A stretch of 59,937 bases of DNA, counting the filler, from Sphacelaria rigidula (lineage: Eukaryota), in assembly GCA_964200075.2 (NCBI GenBank). It is 9 parts of 9 records of this genome, joined end to end, with 100 filler letters (N's around TTAATTAATTAA, not from the genome) between each part and the next. Parts side by side here need not be neighbours in the genome. Positions count along the whole stretch, not along the records: positions 20,015 to 26,585 come from CAXNAA020019293.1; positions 26,686 to 33,256 come from CAXNAA020019294.1; positions 33,357 to 39,927 come from CAXNAA020019295.1; 6 more parts are not named here. One strand, written 5' to 3'. Numbering within the stretch: the stretch's first letter is position 1; every line of letters starts with the position of its first letter. Below are positions 24,101 to 35,729 of this stretch, in pieces. A program made the translations under genes and the position numbers. The notes under the pieces are model-generated. The model was not told the origin of the DNA. It saw only the letters and a list, made by a program, of their open reading frames with translations, and did no database searches.

Positions 24101-24884
24101 GATGAAAAATTGTTCGTCCCCGAGACATACATACCTGCTCGTTATTGTCCTATTTCGCGAGCGGCAACAGGCAGCAGGCTGGAAGCAACCTGAAGGTATA
24201 CATGATGCGTGCGAAAGTGTTTCGAGCCCGGAATACCCAGCCGAAAACACATCGAATAGATCTTTTCGTTTCCCGTTTCATTTTCCTCGTCATTGACGTC
24301 ACCAACATACATGTCCCATCTTTGGTTTTTGTCGAGCCATTCTCCAACGACATCGCGCCACTTTCCAACGATAATGGAGTAATGCTACGATAGGGGGGGG
24401 GGTATTTGGTTCCACAAAAAACTGGGCTCATACATACTCCAGACGGCATCATACACTCGCGGTGCGCTTGTATTTGCACACGCGGCCATTCGGCTAACTC
24501 GTAGAGGAATTTTCAAATGTCATCCTCGGTTCCGTCCGTTTTAAAATCCCCCCTAGAGGATCTTGGGTATTCGTAATCCTCGAGAGGACTTTCAATGTCG
24601 GAGCCCTCGAAGGTCTGTGTCGTAATCGTTTTGGCTGCCGGTTCCAAACCTAAATGCAAATACAACAAAAATTGAGTACAAGCTGAGCCGGCCTAGACGC
24701 GGACTCAAAGCTCTGAAAGCAATATCTCATCGACACAGACGAGTCGGGCCGTGATCCCCATATCGTATCAATCGTCTGATTCAGAGAATAGAACCCATTT
24801 ACTCAAAATTCTGGGCCAAAATTTCCTCGTTGTTTGAACTCCGTGTCTAGTAATTCCCATACCGTAAGGAGACAGCGTCCATAT

Positions 24885-25215
24885 TATTGTTTGTTTGTTT
24901 TATCTGTCGCACTTTGAACCTCTCTCCTTTCTCGGGACGAGTCCGTAGTCTCAAGGGATCATTCCTTCTCTCTCCCGGTACACGCCTTACATTTTAGTCT
25001 CGGGGATTAGGTCAGCACTCCCGCACCACATCAACTCGCGTCAAACAAACTCAGTTATAGTAACTGCGCTTTGTTCATTCACGTTCTCGCGCGTTCCACG
25101 GTGGAAATCAGATGCTGTTGTACTATTAATACGAAGAAAAAATCCAACGCATCGGGAATCGAACCCTCGTTTCTCCACGCTAATGACGACGGTCGGACCA
25201 TTACACCACCGGGGC
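24885..25215 (-). mobile_element. tRNA-derived SINE with a LINE-like 3' tail
   Basis: The minus strand starts GCCCCGGTGGTGTAATGG (A box), has GGTTCGATTCC (B box), and ends TTCAAAGTGCGACAGATAAAACAAACAAACAAT, similar to the LINE-tail family. Confidence 0.75.
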
Positions 25216-25406
25216 ACGGCGGCCTACTAAAGTCTACCACATGAAACCCCGAACGATATATACGGCGGATGATGACGATTTTTGGTGCGGACATTCCCTG
25301 GAGAGCAATGCTACGGTATAGGGGTTGCACTTTTTGTTTCTGGGTCTCTTTTTCGTAGAAGCCCAACTATATGGGGCTTAGTCCGTGTCCTGTGCCAACT
25401 TGAGTG

Positions 25407-25856
25407 GGAGCCGTTCAAAATTCCTGTCGAAGACTGTCTTTTGGGTCCTTCTCCGTCGATTTACGCCCGAAAAGAGGGCTAGGCGGATGTTGACGCCTGG
25501 AATTGACTTGCTTTCCTCGTTGAGACGCTTCCAGAGGAACTTTGTATTTCCCGCTGGCGGCACTTTTGTTTTTGGCGGCCAAACGAGGCCAAGCACGGAC
25601 TTTCAGTAAAAAACGGCCAGGTGATCAAAATATCCCCGTTTTTTTATTATTTGACCATTTTCTGCTATATTGAAAATCCATGTTCGGCCAAAAATAAAAG
25701 GGCTGCCAGCGGGAAATACAAACTTGTACTGGAACGGCCTAAATGAGTAGAGCAAGTCATCCCAAAGCGTCAGCAGCCGCCTAGCCTTCTTTTCAGGCGT
25801 AAAACGACGGAGAAGGGCCAAAATGGCAGTTTTAAACAGGAATTTTGAACGGCTCC
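25407..25856. mobile_element. Foldback MITE (~450 bp, inverted along nearly its whole length)
   Basis: GGAGCCGTTCAAAATTCCTGT pairs with ACAGGAATTTTGAACGGCTCC. Internal TTTGTATTTCCCGCTGGC pairs with GCCAGCGGGAAATACAAA. Confidence 0.88.
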
Positions 25857-25884
25857 TATTAGAGTCGGTCTTAGGTCTTATTAT

Positions 25885-26097
25885 TAGAGGTATCTCAAAC
25901 TCGGCTCCCAGTATCCTGGTTTGTTTTGTTCTATTTTTTCAAGTGAAAGTGATGCCAATTCATCACATGATGAGATCGTGTGACTGCCAGGTCAGGTCCT
26001 CTCATGAATCGCGATCCCTTTCACTTGAAAAAAAAGTACACAACTCAGAGCCAGCGAATAAACCAGGATACCGGGAGCCGAGTTTGAGATACCTCTA
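25885..26097. mobile_element. MITE with ~37-bp TIRs
   Basis: TAGAGGTATCTCAAACTCGGCTCCCAGTATCCTGGTT pairs with AACCAGGATACCGGGAGCCGAGTTTGAGATACCTCTA. The outer TA may be the TSD. Confidence 0.85.
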
Positions 26098-26110
26098 TTA
26101 GCACATCATA

Positions 26111-26247
26111 TTTCTATCGAAAAAGTGCGGTGGAAAGCAAAAATCCCGATCTCTGACAGGTCGTAATTTCAACCAACGACGATGGTTGAAATTACGACCT
26201 GTCAGAGATCGGGATTTTTGCTTTCCACCGCACAATTTCGATCGAAA
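26111..26247. repeat. Hairpin with a perfect 51-bp stem (26125-26175 / 26183-26233) and a 7-nt loop
   Basis: GTGCGGTGGAAAGC...TTTCAACCA, loop ACGACGA, TGGTTGAAA...GCTTTCCACCGCAC. Confidence 0.95.
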
Positions 26248-26798
26248 ACTAATGTAACACTATATTCAGAGTGGATGCTCTAGCGTTCCTAACAGGCGCT
26301 TTTTTTTGCTTGAGCACACGTGCTGTGCATTCAGCTACCGTACAGTACCCCATTCGAGGAATGCGGCGGTCTGGTTGGTGAGATACCGCACAAAGCATTT
26401 TTACGCCTGGGGGGGGGGGGTATTTCGGAACTGAAACTGTTTCAGACACTAATCAGTTTTCCCTCAAAGAGAGGATATTTTATTGCAACGGACTGACTAC
26501 GTCGTTGCGATCACGTGATGTGTCAAATTGATCGAGTAGATGACAGCTTCCATTGAAGCCACCGCTTCACCAGCTGGGCGCATTANNNNNNNNNNNNNNN
26601 NNNNNNNNNNNNNNNNNNNNNNNNNNNNNTTAATTAATTAANNNNNNNNNNNNNNNNNNNNNNNNNNNNNNNNNNNNNNNNNNNNCCTGCTAGAACATAC
26701 CCACCCACAAACACAATCCCCCCCCCCCCCCCCCCCCCCCTTCCCCCCGACCCTCTCTCCCCCTTCCGCTGCTTCGGTCCGCCTCCCCACGCGAAAAG

Positions 26799-27101
26799 GT
26801 CGCTACGGCGGTTGGCACCGGCCTAGATAACCTCGGATCCCTCTGCTCCCAGACCGGGTTGGATCGGTGGGAGCTGTTGGGCCTTGCTGTGCTGTCCGCC
26901 ATTACCGTGTACAGGAAGGAGTTGTCTTCCAACAGTGTCCACCGCAAGGGCACACAAACGCAGCAAAAACAGCAAAAGCAGCAAAAAGACGACAGCGATG
27001 CACCAAGCAGCGGTGGCAGCCTTACGGAGGTGGAGGCGGTGGCAGCGGCGGTGGCAGCCTTTTCAATCCCCGCGGGGTTTCGACACGAAGAAGGATGTTC
27101 C

Positions 27102-27136
<35 letters not shown>

Positions 27137-28433
27137 AGACGATAAAAACGAAAACATGGACACCGGCAGAAACGATCGCCACAGCAATAGCACCAGCGCC
27201 GTAGGTGGCCTTAATCAGCAAAAAATGTCACCAGACGCGGCGCGAGGGTTACACGGTACAGCGCCCTGTTCATGCGTCCTAGCTTCCACAGCCAAATCCG
27301 CAACGGCGGCGGCTGCTGCTGCATCGGACGCCAGTACCCCACCTCCATCAGCCGCACAACAGCGGAGATTGCGGAGGCTGGTGGAAGGTCGCATGCGGTC
27401 GCTTGATCTACCGGTGAACCACCTGCAGCAGCTGCGCGCCTCGGTGGACAAGTCGTGGTCTATGTTCGCTTCGGCTTGGGAAACGCAACGGTCTCGTGCA
27501 GGCGGCTGGCCAACTACAACTACCAAAGCCGGGGGTAGCGACGGTGACTCTGTTTTATTTGGGAGTGCCTGCTCGGAAGACAGGTCTGTGACGGCGGCAG
27601 TCGACAGCGGTGCGTTTGCTCTGCCCCCGTGCTCCCACCCGTCTCACCGCAAATCTAGACAAGGGCGACATCAGCATGGGCGATCGGTGTTGGCGAATGA
27701 GACAAGTGCCGAAGAAGAAAGTTCACGAGTTCCCCGTAGTTGTATTTTCGGTGTTGGGGATGTTGACACAGTCGAGCAGCGGTGGCCACTATCAAGACAG
27801 GAGGGCGAGGAAGTTGACGGGGGCGGTGAGGAAGAGAACGAACGCAGTAAGGATGGCGGCTTTGATGTCGGTACCGGTGCTGTTCCCTACGGCAACAGGC
27901 AAGTAGCGAGAGCATCCCGAAACTCGTCAGAGATGCCCCCAAGTCGTCGTCACGGCGGCAACAGCGACAATATCGCCAGAGACGGCGATGATCGTCAAAA
28001 GGCAGACACAGCTACCACGTATCCTGACACAGCCGCGGGAGATGAACAACAACAGGGCAGCAACCACTGTTCACACTGCTCTGCCCTCGCCGCCGCTCAT
28101 GCGGCTGCCCGTGCCACTGCCGCCTCCATCCTCCTAAACGGCGATGGGACGGTGGGGTTGCTGGACACCGACGATGCCTGGACGGGGTCGGTGCTGGGGG
28201 CCCTTCCCTCAGACGCCCTGCACAAGGTGCTGAGCTTCGTAGATCCCAAAGATTTGTTGACACTGGCGCACGTCTCGACGGGAGCGCAGGAAGCCGTGGA
28301 GGATGATGAGTTGGTGTGGCGCGAGGCGTGGCTGTCGAGATTTGGGAGTTTGTGGGAGTCGGACATGTGCCAAAAGGCGGCAGATAGGTGGCATCTGCAC
28401 GACTGGAACCCTCGCTCTTCTCCTGTACCCCAG
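26799..28433 (+). CDS. F-box / cytochrome b5 domain protein, large internal exon (low-complexity N-terminal region plus F-box); 5' exons lie outside the contig
   Basis: Pyrimidine tract and AG acceptor at 26797-98. 545 open codons. F-box LGALPSDALHKVLSFVDPKDLLTLAHVS...DDELVWR. Donor CAG|GTACGT, phase 0. Confidence 0.85.
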
Positions 28434-29756
28434 GTACGTTATTTTTCTTGGGGAGTGGTGGCGCGGAACGGTTGTACCGTTGGTTACGAGGTACCTTTAT
28501 GCGAACTGGTGGACAAATTCCATGGATCAACCTAAGCTGCTAGCTCTAACCCCAACCCCAATCTCAACCCAAGCCATATGGAGAACTCTCAGGCAAGTGG
28601 GCAGGACGCATGGTGGTGTCCTGGGCAAAGAGTACTTGAGCAGAGCTGAACTCGGCACCGGTTCGAGCAAAAACACGGCCTGCACACATTCCGGGGGAAC
28701 CTGAGACTGTCAGCCCCCAGACGATCCGAATGTGGCAGTCTACACTAGAATCAAGTTATTGTTAAGACCATGTATTTCGTCAAGTTCGCGTAACCTCCAC
28801 TGTTGGATACACACGGTATGATGCCGGTACTTGTTACCATTATATACGGACCATATGTTGGGGCGGAAGACGGCGGGTTTGAAGCCCCGAGGAAGCCTTC
28901 GGCGTTTTTTGCTGGAAAGTGTCCTGATTTTCGTCCCATTAAAACGTGAGGACGTGAGTCAGAAGTGAAGGGGGCGTTAGATCACAGTCGGTGCGGCGCG
29001 GGACTGTTGATAGTCATGATCCAATCCGCTATCCCAAAATATAAGTACTGTACTGTACTGGGGGAGAGATGGAATGATCCCTTGCGACCACGAACTTGCT
29101 CGAGAAAGAGGAAGAGGATGGATTGACAAATGTGACTAGGAAAAACACTGTCGATTACCTTCACGTGATGATTTATTGGTTATTTTCATTTTCGGTATCA
29201 CGCCCCCTGATGAAGTGCTGTATCGGCGTTCGTAGAATGTATGCCAACAACGCCGCTGTTCGGCTTTTTTTTTTCCTGTTCCTTCTGTTTTTCAGCGAGT
29301 TTTTCAGTTTTGTTTTTGTTAGGTACGTCTATCATGAGACCACGGCTGGACCCCTGGGAGGTCAGTTAAAGTGCGAAAATCAAATAAAATCAAATAAAAT
29401 CAAATCAAATAAACAAACGCCGTGACTGACGCCCCAGGGTGGTGAAAGCTTTTTGGGGCCTGTCAACTCCCTGGAAAATCATCACATGGGAGTGCTGTTT
29501 TGTGTATTATGCAGCACGTGTTTGTGCAGGCGCTTAGCTTGTTCGGTCGTTGACCCCGCAAGCTCAACACATTAAAGCGTTGCTCATGCAAGAGAGATTT
29601 CCCGTGGTCAACGTCCGACTCTGCGAATGATGACTGCCAGAGAGGAGAGGATGGTCGGGGCGGGGGGGGTAGCGTACTCATTTGTTGCTTGCCTACAGTC
29701 GTTCGACCATGAACCACGCATCCCTTTCGAGACGGAGCACCGTTCTTATCCCTAGT

Positions 29757-30105
29757 AGAGACACCTCTAACATTTAGATGCGCCTTGCGTTTCTTCCATG
29801 CATTACACGAAAACCTTTCCATATTTTATCCCCGTCCTATTTCGCCTCCTGGGGCCGCCATCCATCTCCTAGTATAGCCATCGTTTCCTCCCTACTGTCT
29901 ACTTCATCAAACGATTTCATGCCACCTTCGTTCACGTCCGCATTTCCTCCTCTAGCACGCCCAGTTTCTCCTTGGATAGTTCACATTCTGCCGACTTCTG
30001 CTCTCTACTGCTTTGCCACAGGGGCAATTGCATCTACTTTCTCCTCTTGTCGACTACTGGTATATCTCTCCTATCTGGCAGGTCCAGGTCCCACATCCCA
30101 GTTTT
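29757..30105 (-). mobile_element. LINE ORF2 C-terminal fragment within the intron
   Basis: Decayed minus-strand peptide with a CCHC-type remnant: ...AECELSKEKLGVLEEEM...SFDEVDSREETMAILGDGWRPQ. Confidence 0.55.
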
Positions 30106-30561
30106 GATTTTCGCCGGGGCAGCCCGAGGAGTGGGGGCGCGGGTGGGGGTGTGGGTGGGGGGAGTGAATAGTGCGAGTTGTGATAGTTTCAGAGATGAGG
30201 GATTTGGGGTTTCTGGAACGTGCGTGAAATGTTGCTTTGTCACGAAAGTTTGAATGTGCAGGCTGTCGTGATCGCTAAATCGTTACGGTAATGAGAGGCC
30301 ACAGTTTTTCCGAAGCGAGCTGAAAATGGGCATTAATAATCATCACGGTTGTCCCCAACACGTCCGGTTGCACTCGGAACGCTGTAGGGCACATTTCAAC
30401 CCACACGAAACAAACCAAGTGAATCATTGCTGTGAAGTGCGAACATGCTTGGACATCTTCCCCCTCCCCCCAGAGTACCTCCAAGTTAACGCTTCTTGTA
30501 ACTACCGCTTTCTCATTCTTGCTCCCCCCCTCCTCCCCTCTAACCTGACACCTCACAAAAG

Positions 30562-31180
30562 GGGTGGAAGTTATTTTTCTCAGAATTCGAGGCGACCTGG
30601 CTGGAGTGGATCGCCGCTGGCCAAAACTCGGAATCCAGCTGCGTGGTCGGTGTGCACGGTCGACTGTACGATGTCACGGAGTTCATGCACCGCCACCCCG
30701 GGTCCCCAGAAACCCTCATGGATAATGCGGGGGCAGATGCAACCGAGTTTTTCGAGGACGTGGGTCACTCCAAAAACGCGCGCGATCTGATGACTTCCCT
30801 TGATTCCCTAGCCCCCGCGTCGTACCACGGGCCCAGAGTCGTCGGTAGAAGCAGAAGCCTTGCCGGTAGCCGAGGAGGGGGAGGGGGTGGAGGCATATTT
30901 GCGTCAGCGATGCGAAACGCAACGATACAGCTCGGCAGCGGCGGTACCGGGGGGTTCGGCGGAGGATTTGTGGGTGGCAGCGGGCGCTTTTTTTTCGCCA
31001 AGTCGCGAAGAGAAAAATCTCGACCAAGTCCGCGTGACCTCCGGTGTGTGCTTGCCTCCACCAGGGAGATGCTTCAGCGAGCAAGGGTGGAAGCGGGGGC
31101 GCGAGGGAAGAACTTGTTCGCACCGTCGGCGGTAAAGGCGAAGGAGCGACGCGAGGCCGACTGGGCGGGTAATGGTGGCC

Positions 31181-31212
<32 letters not shown>

Positions 31213-31500
31213 GGTGACCGCGCGGTAGACCCTACTAGGAGTGACGGGCATGATCGTGAAAACCATCAGGGGTCTTTTTTTTGGTGCCATGATTGTGAGC
31301 AGCGGTTTGATCCCGCGATAAGCAGAGAAAGCGGGAAGGATAGAAGAGGCTTAGTGAGCGATGGCCAACAAGGGGGAGCGGCGTGTGATCACATGAGCGG
31401 AACACTGCGGGTCTTCTATGTCCCCATGCGAGCGCAATGGTGTGGATTTTACTCGTGCTGTCGTGAGCATGTGCTTCTCACGGGCGGCGCGCGTAAGTAG
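30562..31500 (+). CDS. F-box / cytochrome b5 domain protein, terminal exon (cytochrome b5-like heme-binding domain, Gly-rich linker, Cys-rich C-terminus)
   Basis: Branch-like CTGAC and AAAAG acceptor give a phase-0 join PVPQ|GWKLFFSEFEATWLEW. Cyt b5 motif VGVHGRLYDVTEFMHRHPGSPETLMDNAGADATEFFEDVGHSKNARDLM. Stop TAG at 31498-31500. Confidence 0.9.
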
Positions 31501-34500
31501 ATTTTATTGACCGCGCGGGCGGATCATGTGCTGTACATAAAGCACTCCTGGCCGAAGACACTTTTTTTTCAAAGCGATCAAGGCCAGCTACGGTAGCCTC
31601 AAGTCTCCTTTGGATCTCAGCATACTTCGTAGCGCGGAATATCGCAGCAGGGTGGCCTGGGGTATTGACTGCAGCTAATCCCGAAGATTTCAGTGTAGCA
31701 AAAAGAATGGGCAACTTCGTACCCGTACCGCCACCGTACCCTCTCCACCTGTCGGAGTATCTTAACCTTGATTCTATGTTGCTCTCGGAAAAAGGCACCC
31801 CACTCTTTTTCCGAAAAATCGGGGGTATGTTGCATTCTTGAGTGAAAAGATCCCGCCAATCCAAAAAATATAGATGAGGTCCTATCCAACGACCATTATT
31901 TTGAGCGCCGTGCTCCCAGATCGTAGTATAGAATCGTCGGGGGTGCAAAGGGAAGGGGGGGGGGGGGGGGCGTTAGACGTGTGATGTTATCCGGTCACCT
32001 TCAACTGTCGCTCCTCCTCTTTATGATGGGTCAAAGCGAGAGTTGGTGGAGCTAATTGAGAGCTGATGAGCCATCGTGCGACCTCGATTTTGTGTGTAGA
32101 GGGGGGGGATGTTACTTTGTGCAGTGTGTATTGGCTAGGTTAGTTGGGGCGATGAGAGTGTCCAGGTTTTGCGAATGTAGGTCAGGATGACCGAGACCGA
32201 TCCGGTTTCATACGGGGTATTTGTTATATAGGTTTTTAAAGTATATTCGAGTTTTTTTTTCTTCTCAATCACATCATGACGGGCGTGGAGGTTGTCAATA
32301 GCATGCCTACCCAGTCACCGGTCTTTCGATTTTTATTACACGACATTCACCTATTATGTCGTGTGGTTTGCGTGGTAGTTGAATGTTGGGAGACAAGTGA
32401 GGAACGGGGGGAGCAAATCGTTAATATTTTCCATGGATGACCTGCGGATAGTCTCGGGAATTATTGATTTAATTCCTGGGTGACTTCACAAGATGTGATT
32501 GAAGAGCAAGGAAGTAACAAGTCGAGGATGATGACGCACAGACTGCACATTTTAGATTGAAAAACTACACGCTACGCGATATATATTAAAACTGATACGA
32601 CGGGAGTGGGTGGTCCTCACTTTGAGGGCAAGTCCCGATACAGGGCCAACTACACGTACTAACATGAAACTAGGACCCCCCAGTGAAGCTGTAACCATCA
32701 GGCGGTTCGTAACAAAAAGGAAAATGTGACTCTTCCAATCTGGAGCCCCTACTGTACCGGTACCCGTTAGGCAGTAATGTTCACCACCTGGTCGATTAGA
32801 ACCCTCCCGGAATTGTATTACTTGATTTGAGTGGTAACACCGGTATTCGTATCTTTCGTGGGACTGACAGCCCCAACTGCCCCTCGCGTGCGCGAAACGC
32901 GTTTTTGCAATTTTCAAATTGGTTGTTGTCTCAGGCTATTCCAGATTCGGCATTAGATTTCTGTGACAGAAAACACTCTCGTTTTTTTCGGAATACTTTA
33001 AAAAAAACAAGGAGAACTTTTGAAAAAACAAGGAGAATTTTTCGACAAACTGCTCGAACTATGGCGCCATTATATGGAGTACAGGTTAGTTCTTCGGCTG
33101 ATTTCGAACGAGCCCTCAGTGTTTGCAGGGTGCTGATCTTGAACGCCAGGACATAATCGCCCTTCGCACAAATAGTTTTATTTTCGCCCAAGATACAGGC
33201 AGCCATGACAGCAGCAGAGGCGGCCTTTCACTCCTGCGTGCGCAACCTGGGGCAAANNNNNNNNNNNNNNNNNNNNNNNNNNNNNNNNNNNNNNNNNNNN
33301 TTAATTAATTAANNNNNNNNNNNNNNNNNNNNNNNNNNNNNNNNNNNNNNNNNNNNCATCGACACGCGTGTACACCGCATTCTTTAGGTGCACCTAGCCA
33401 CAGCTGCTCAACTTCTGCGGACATGTGGGGGGGGAAGATGGCTTCGCTCGGTCGCAAGTGTTTCGCGTGTTCCCTGCAAAAATGAAATGCCACCTCAACC
33501 CCATATTTTGTATGAACCCCATTTTCTAGGATCCAATGTCTGAAGTAGTCAGCTAGTGACTGGACGAGGGCGAACCTGTTCTTCTGCATGTCTTATGGTA
33601 CTATCACAGATCGTCAGACATATGCCATGCAAGTCGATCGAAACACGGGAGACGAAGCATGAAGGTGTCTACTGCTGCTTCACCCGCCATTGGCGTAGAC
33701 AATTTCCATCGATGCCTTCGGAGCACCCTCCGTCTCAACTGGTACCCCATATTCCTCTTCAAGTGTATAAAGTGCAGGCCTCAATAGTACAGTCAAATTG
33801 TATATAATGATGTAGACATCTTTTTGTAAACTCGCCATACTAAAACTGGTATACAAATAGCCGGTAATATCAAACCTCAAATATACTGGATAAACTGGCA
33901 CCCTCGTCGCCATTTCCAGTTTAGCTCCAGTTCCAGTTTTCATCGACAGTATATACTGGTCCAGTTCACAGCCCTATCGTTTGCCGTACATTGCATTTTA
34001 TGAAATTCATGTGTTTGTGTCTTTTTCAACTGTTTTTTATTTTGTATCATACCGAATGCATATGTTTGTATATGTGGGATGAGACGGATCTATGCGTTCT
34101 CTACTTATGTGAGAGCCAAGGCGCGTGGGCTCAATTCCCGGCAGAGCAGGCGTCAGTAGTAATCGAACAGCGGTTTCGCACATGGGCCGCACTTCTATAG
34201 CTATTGACCAGTTCGTGGCGAAGTCGTCTATCGTTCCAGCCAGGGCTGGATGTGATTCGGGCCCCACACTACCCAGGAATTTGGTCTAACCGATCAGGGG
34301 TGTCGACGTGCGGCTAGTCAGCTAGCTGATCTCCAGTTTTCTTGAGATACCGGGAGGATCACAGGACGCGCGAGTGCTGTTGCTGTGGTAGGAAAGGTGG
34401 TTAGAGATTTTTCATTTCCTAATGGGTGGGGTTTTCCCGGGGGATTCCCCTGCTTCACAGGGTTTACCATCCAATAGATCCGTGACAAGTTTTCCCCCCT

Positions 34501-35729
34501 GCACTGTAGTTATGCAGGTTGTCTCGTTTTACCTTCAGGCGAATGATGCGCAGGCTCATCATTTTTTCGTCTCTTCCAACCCTTGATTATTTCGGTTGAT
34601 CCTAATTAATTAGACTTGGGGGAATGTTCCGGATTTAGGGCTCTATAGATTATTTTCCGGTCGATTGGGCTCTGTGTTGTATTGTAGTTATGCCTGGCAT
34701 TTGAAGGCTCATACTCCTTTCTTGAGTTCCTTAGATTCTAATTACTCTTACGTAGAGAAACAACGGTTTCCGGATTAGGCTACAAGGCGCACAGCAAGCA
34801 ACTGCCAGCTTTATCGCTAATAGTACAAGAACATCTACACCATGTCCTGGACTGCTTATCAGAGGCTAGTCTGGTCTTCGTCTGAAGTAAGCCAACGTTT
34901 CATGCAGCTGGTGCTATATTGCAGTGGAGTTGTGCCTGGTGTACGGTAAGCACGCCTGACTAGGTAAGATCTTGAAGGCCAGACAATACGCTGGATAACC
35001 AAGCCGTAGGCAAAAACACCTAGCAGCGTACTCAACGCTGGGCACCACCCTCGTGTTTATGTGTCCAAGGTATCAGAATGCCACGCGTAGGTATGACAAT
35101 AATTCTTCTTGATTTCTTGATCTCAACGTCCTTAGTATCCAACCTCTCACGCTCAATCAGTCTCATCGTGATGTTAAACTTTCTTGCTGGGGATGGAGTG
35201 TAGTGGAGCGTAAGGGCTACCGTCCACATTACTATCCCTGGTATATATAAGTTCTCACTCGTATCTTCCCAACTCTGAACAGATCTTCAGTCTTAAAATA
35301 GCCTGGGATGACATATAAAGCCGGACTGATCGACAGGTCTGAGGCGGCATGACAACAGGCTAATATGCTCCTCATGACACTAACCCACCCAGACGAAATT
35401 TGTTTACAGCTGCGAGGATCCATCCTCACCAACACCTAAAACTGAGGTTTTCTCTACTCGTAAAGTCATAAGCGGCTCATAAGGCACACCTAAAGACACA
35501 CTCCCGTACCCTCTCCCCCACACCTAAGAATAAGGGAAGCATATACTGCTTCGAGGAGAAGAAAAAATCACTTCGGAACGCGGGAGCACAACCGCTTTCT
35601 GCGTGCTAGCGATCAACGAAGAAGCACAAATTACTTCGGCGTCCTAGCAAAGCCAGGGGGGAAACCAGGGAGAGGTACCACAGGGAGCAGAGCTTCTACC
35701 TGGGGGATTCCAAAGGGAAAACGGTAAGA

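Noticed and set aside
25140..25215. Functional tRNA gene
   Set aside because: A and B boxes are present, but the acceptor and anticodon stems do not pair and the sequence continues into a SINE body and tail.
26859..28535. Stand-alone 558-aa single-exon gene from the ORF track
   Set aside because: It starts at TTG and runs past a good donor at 28434. It is better explained as an internal exon spliced to 30562.
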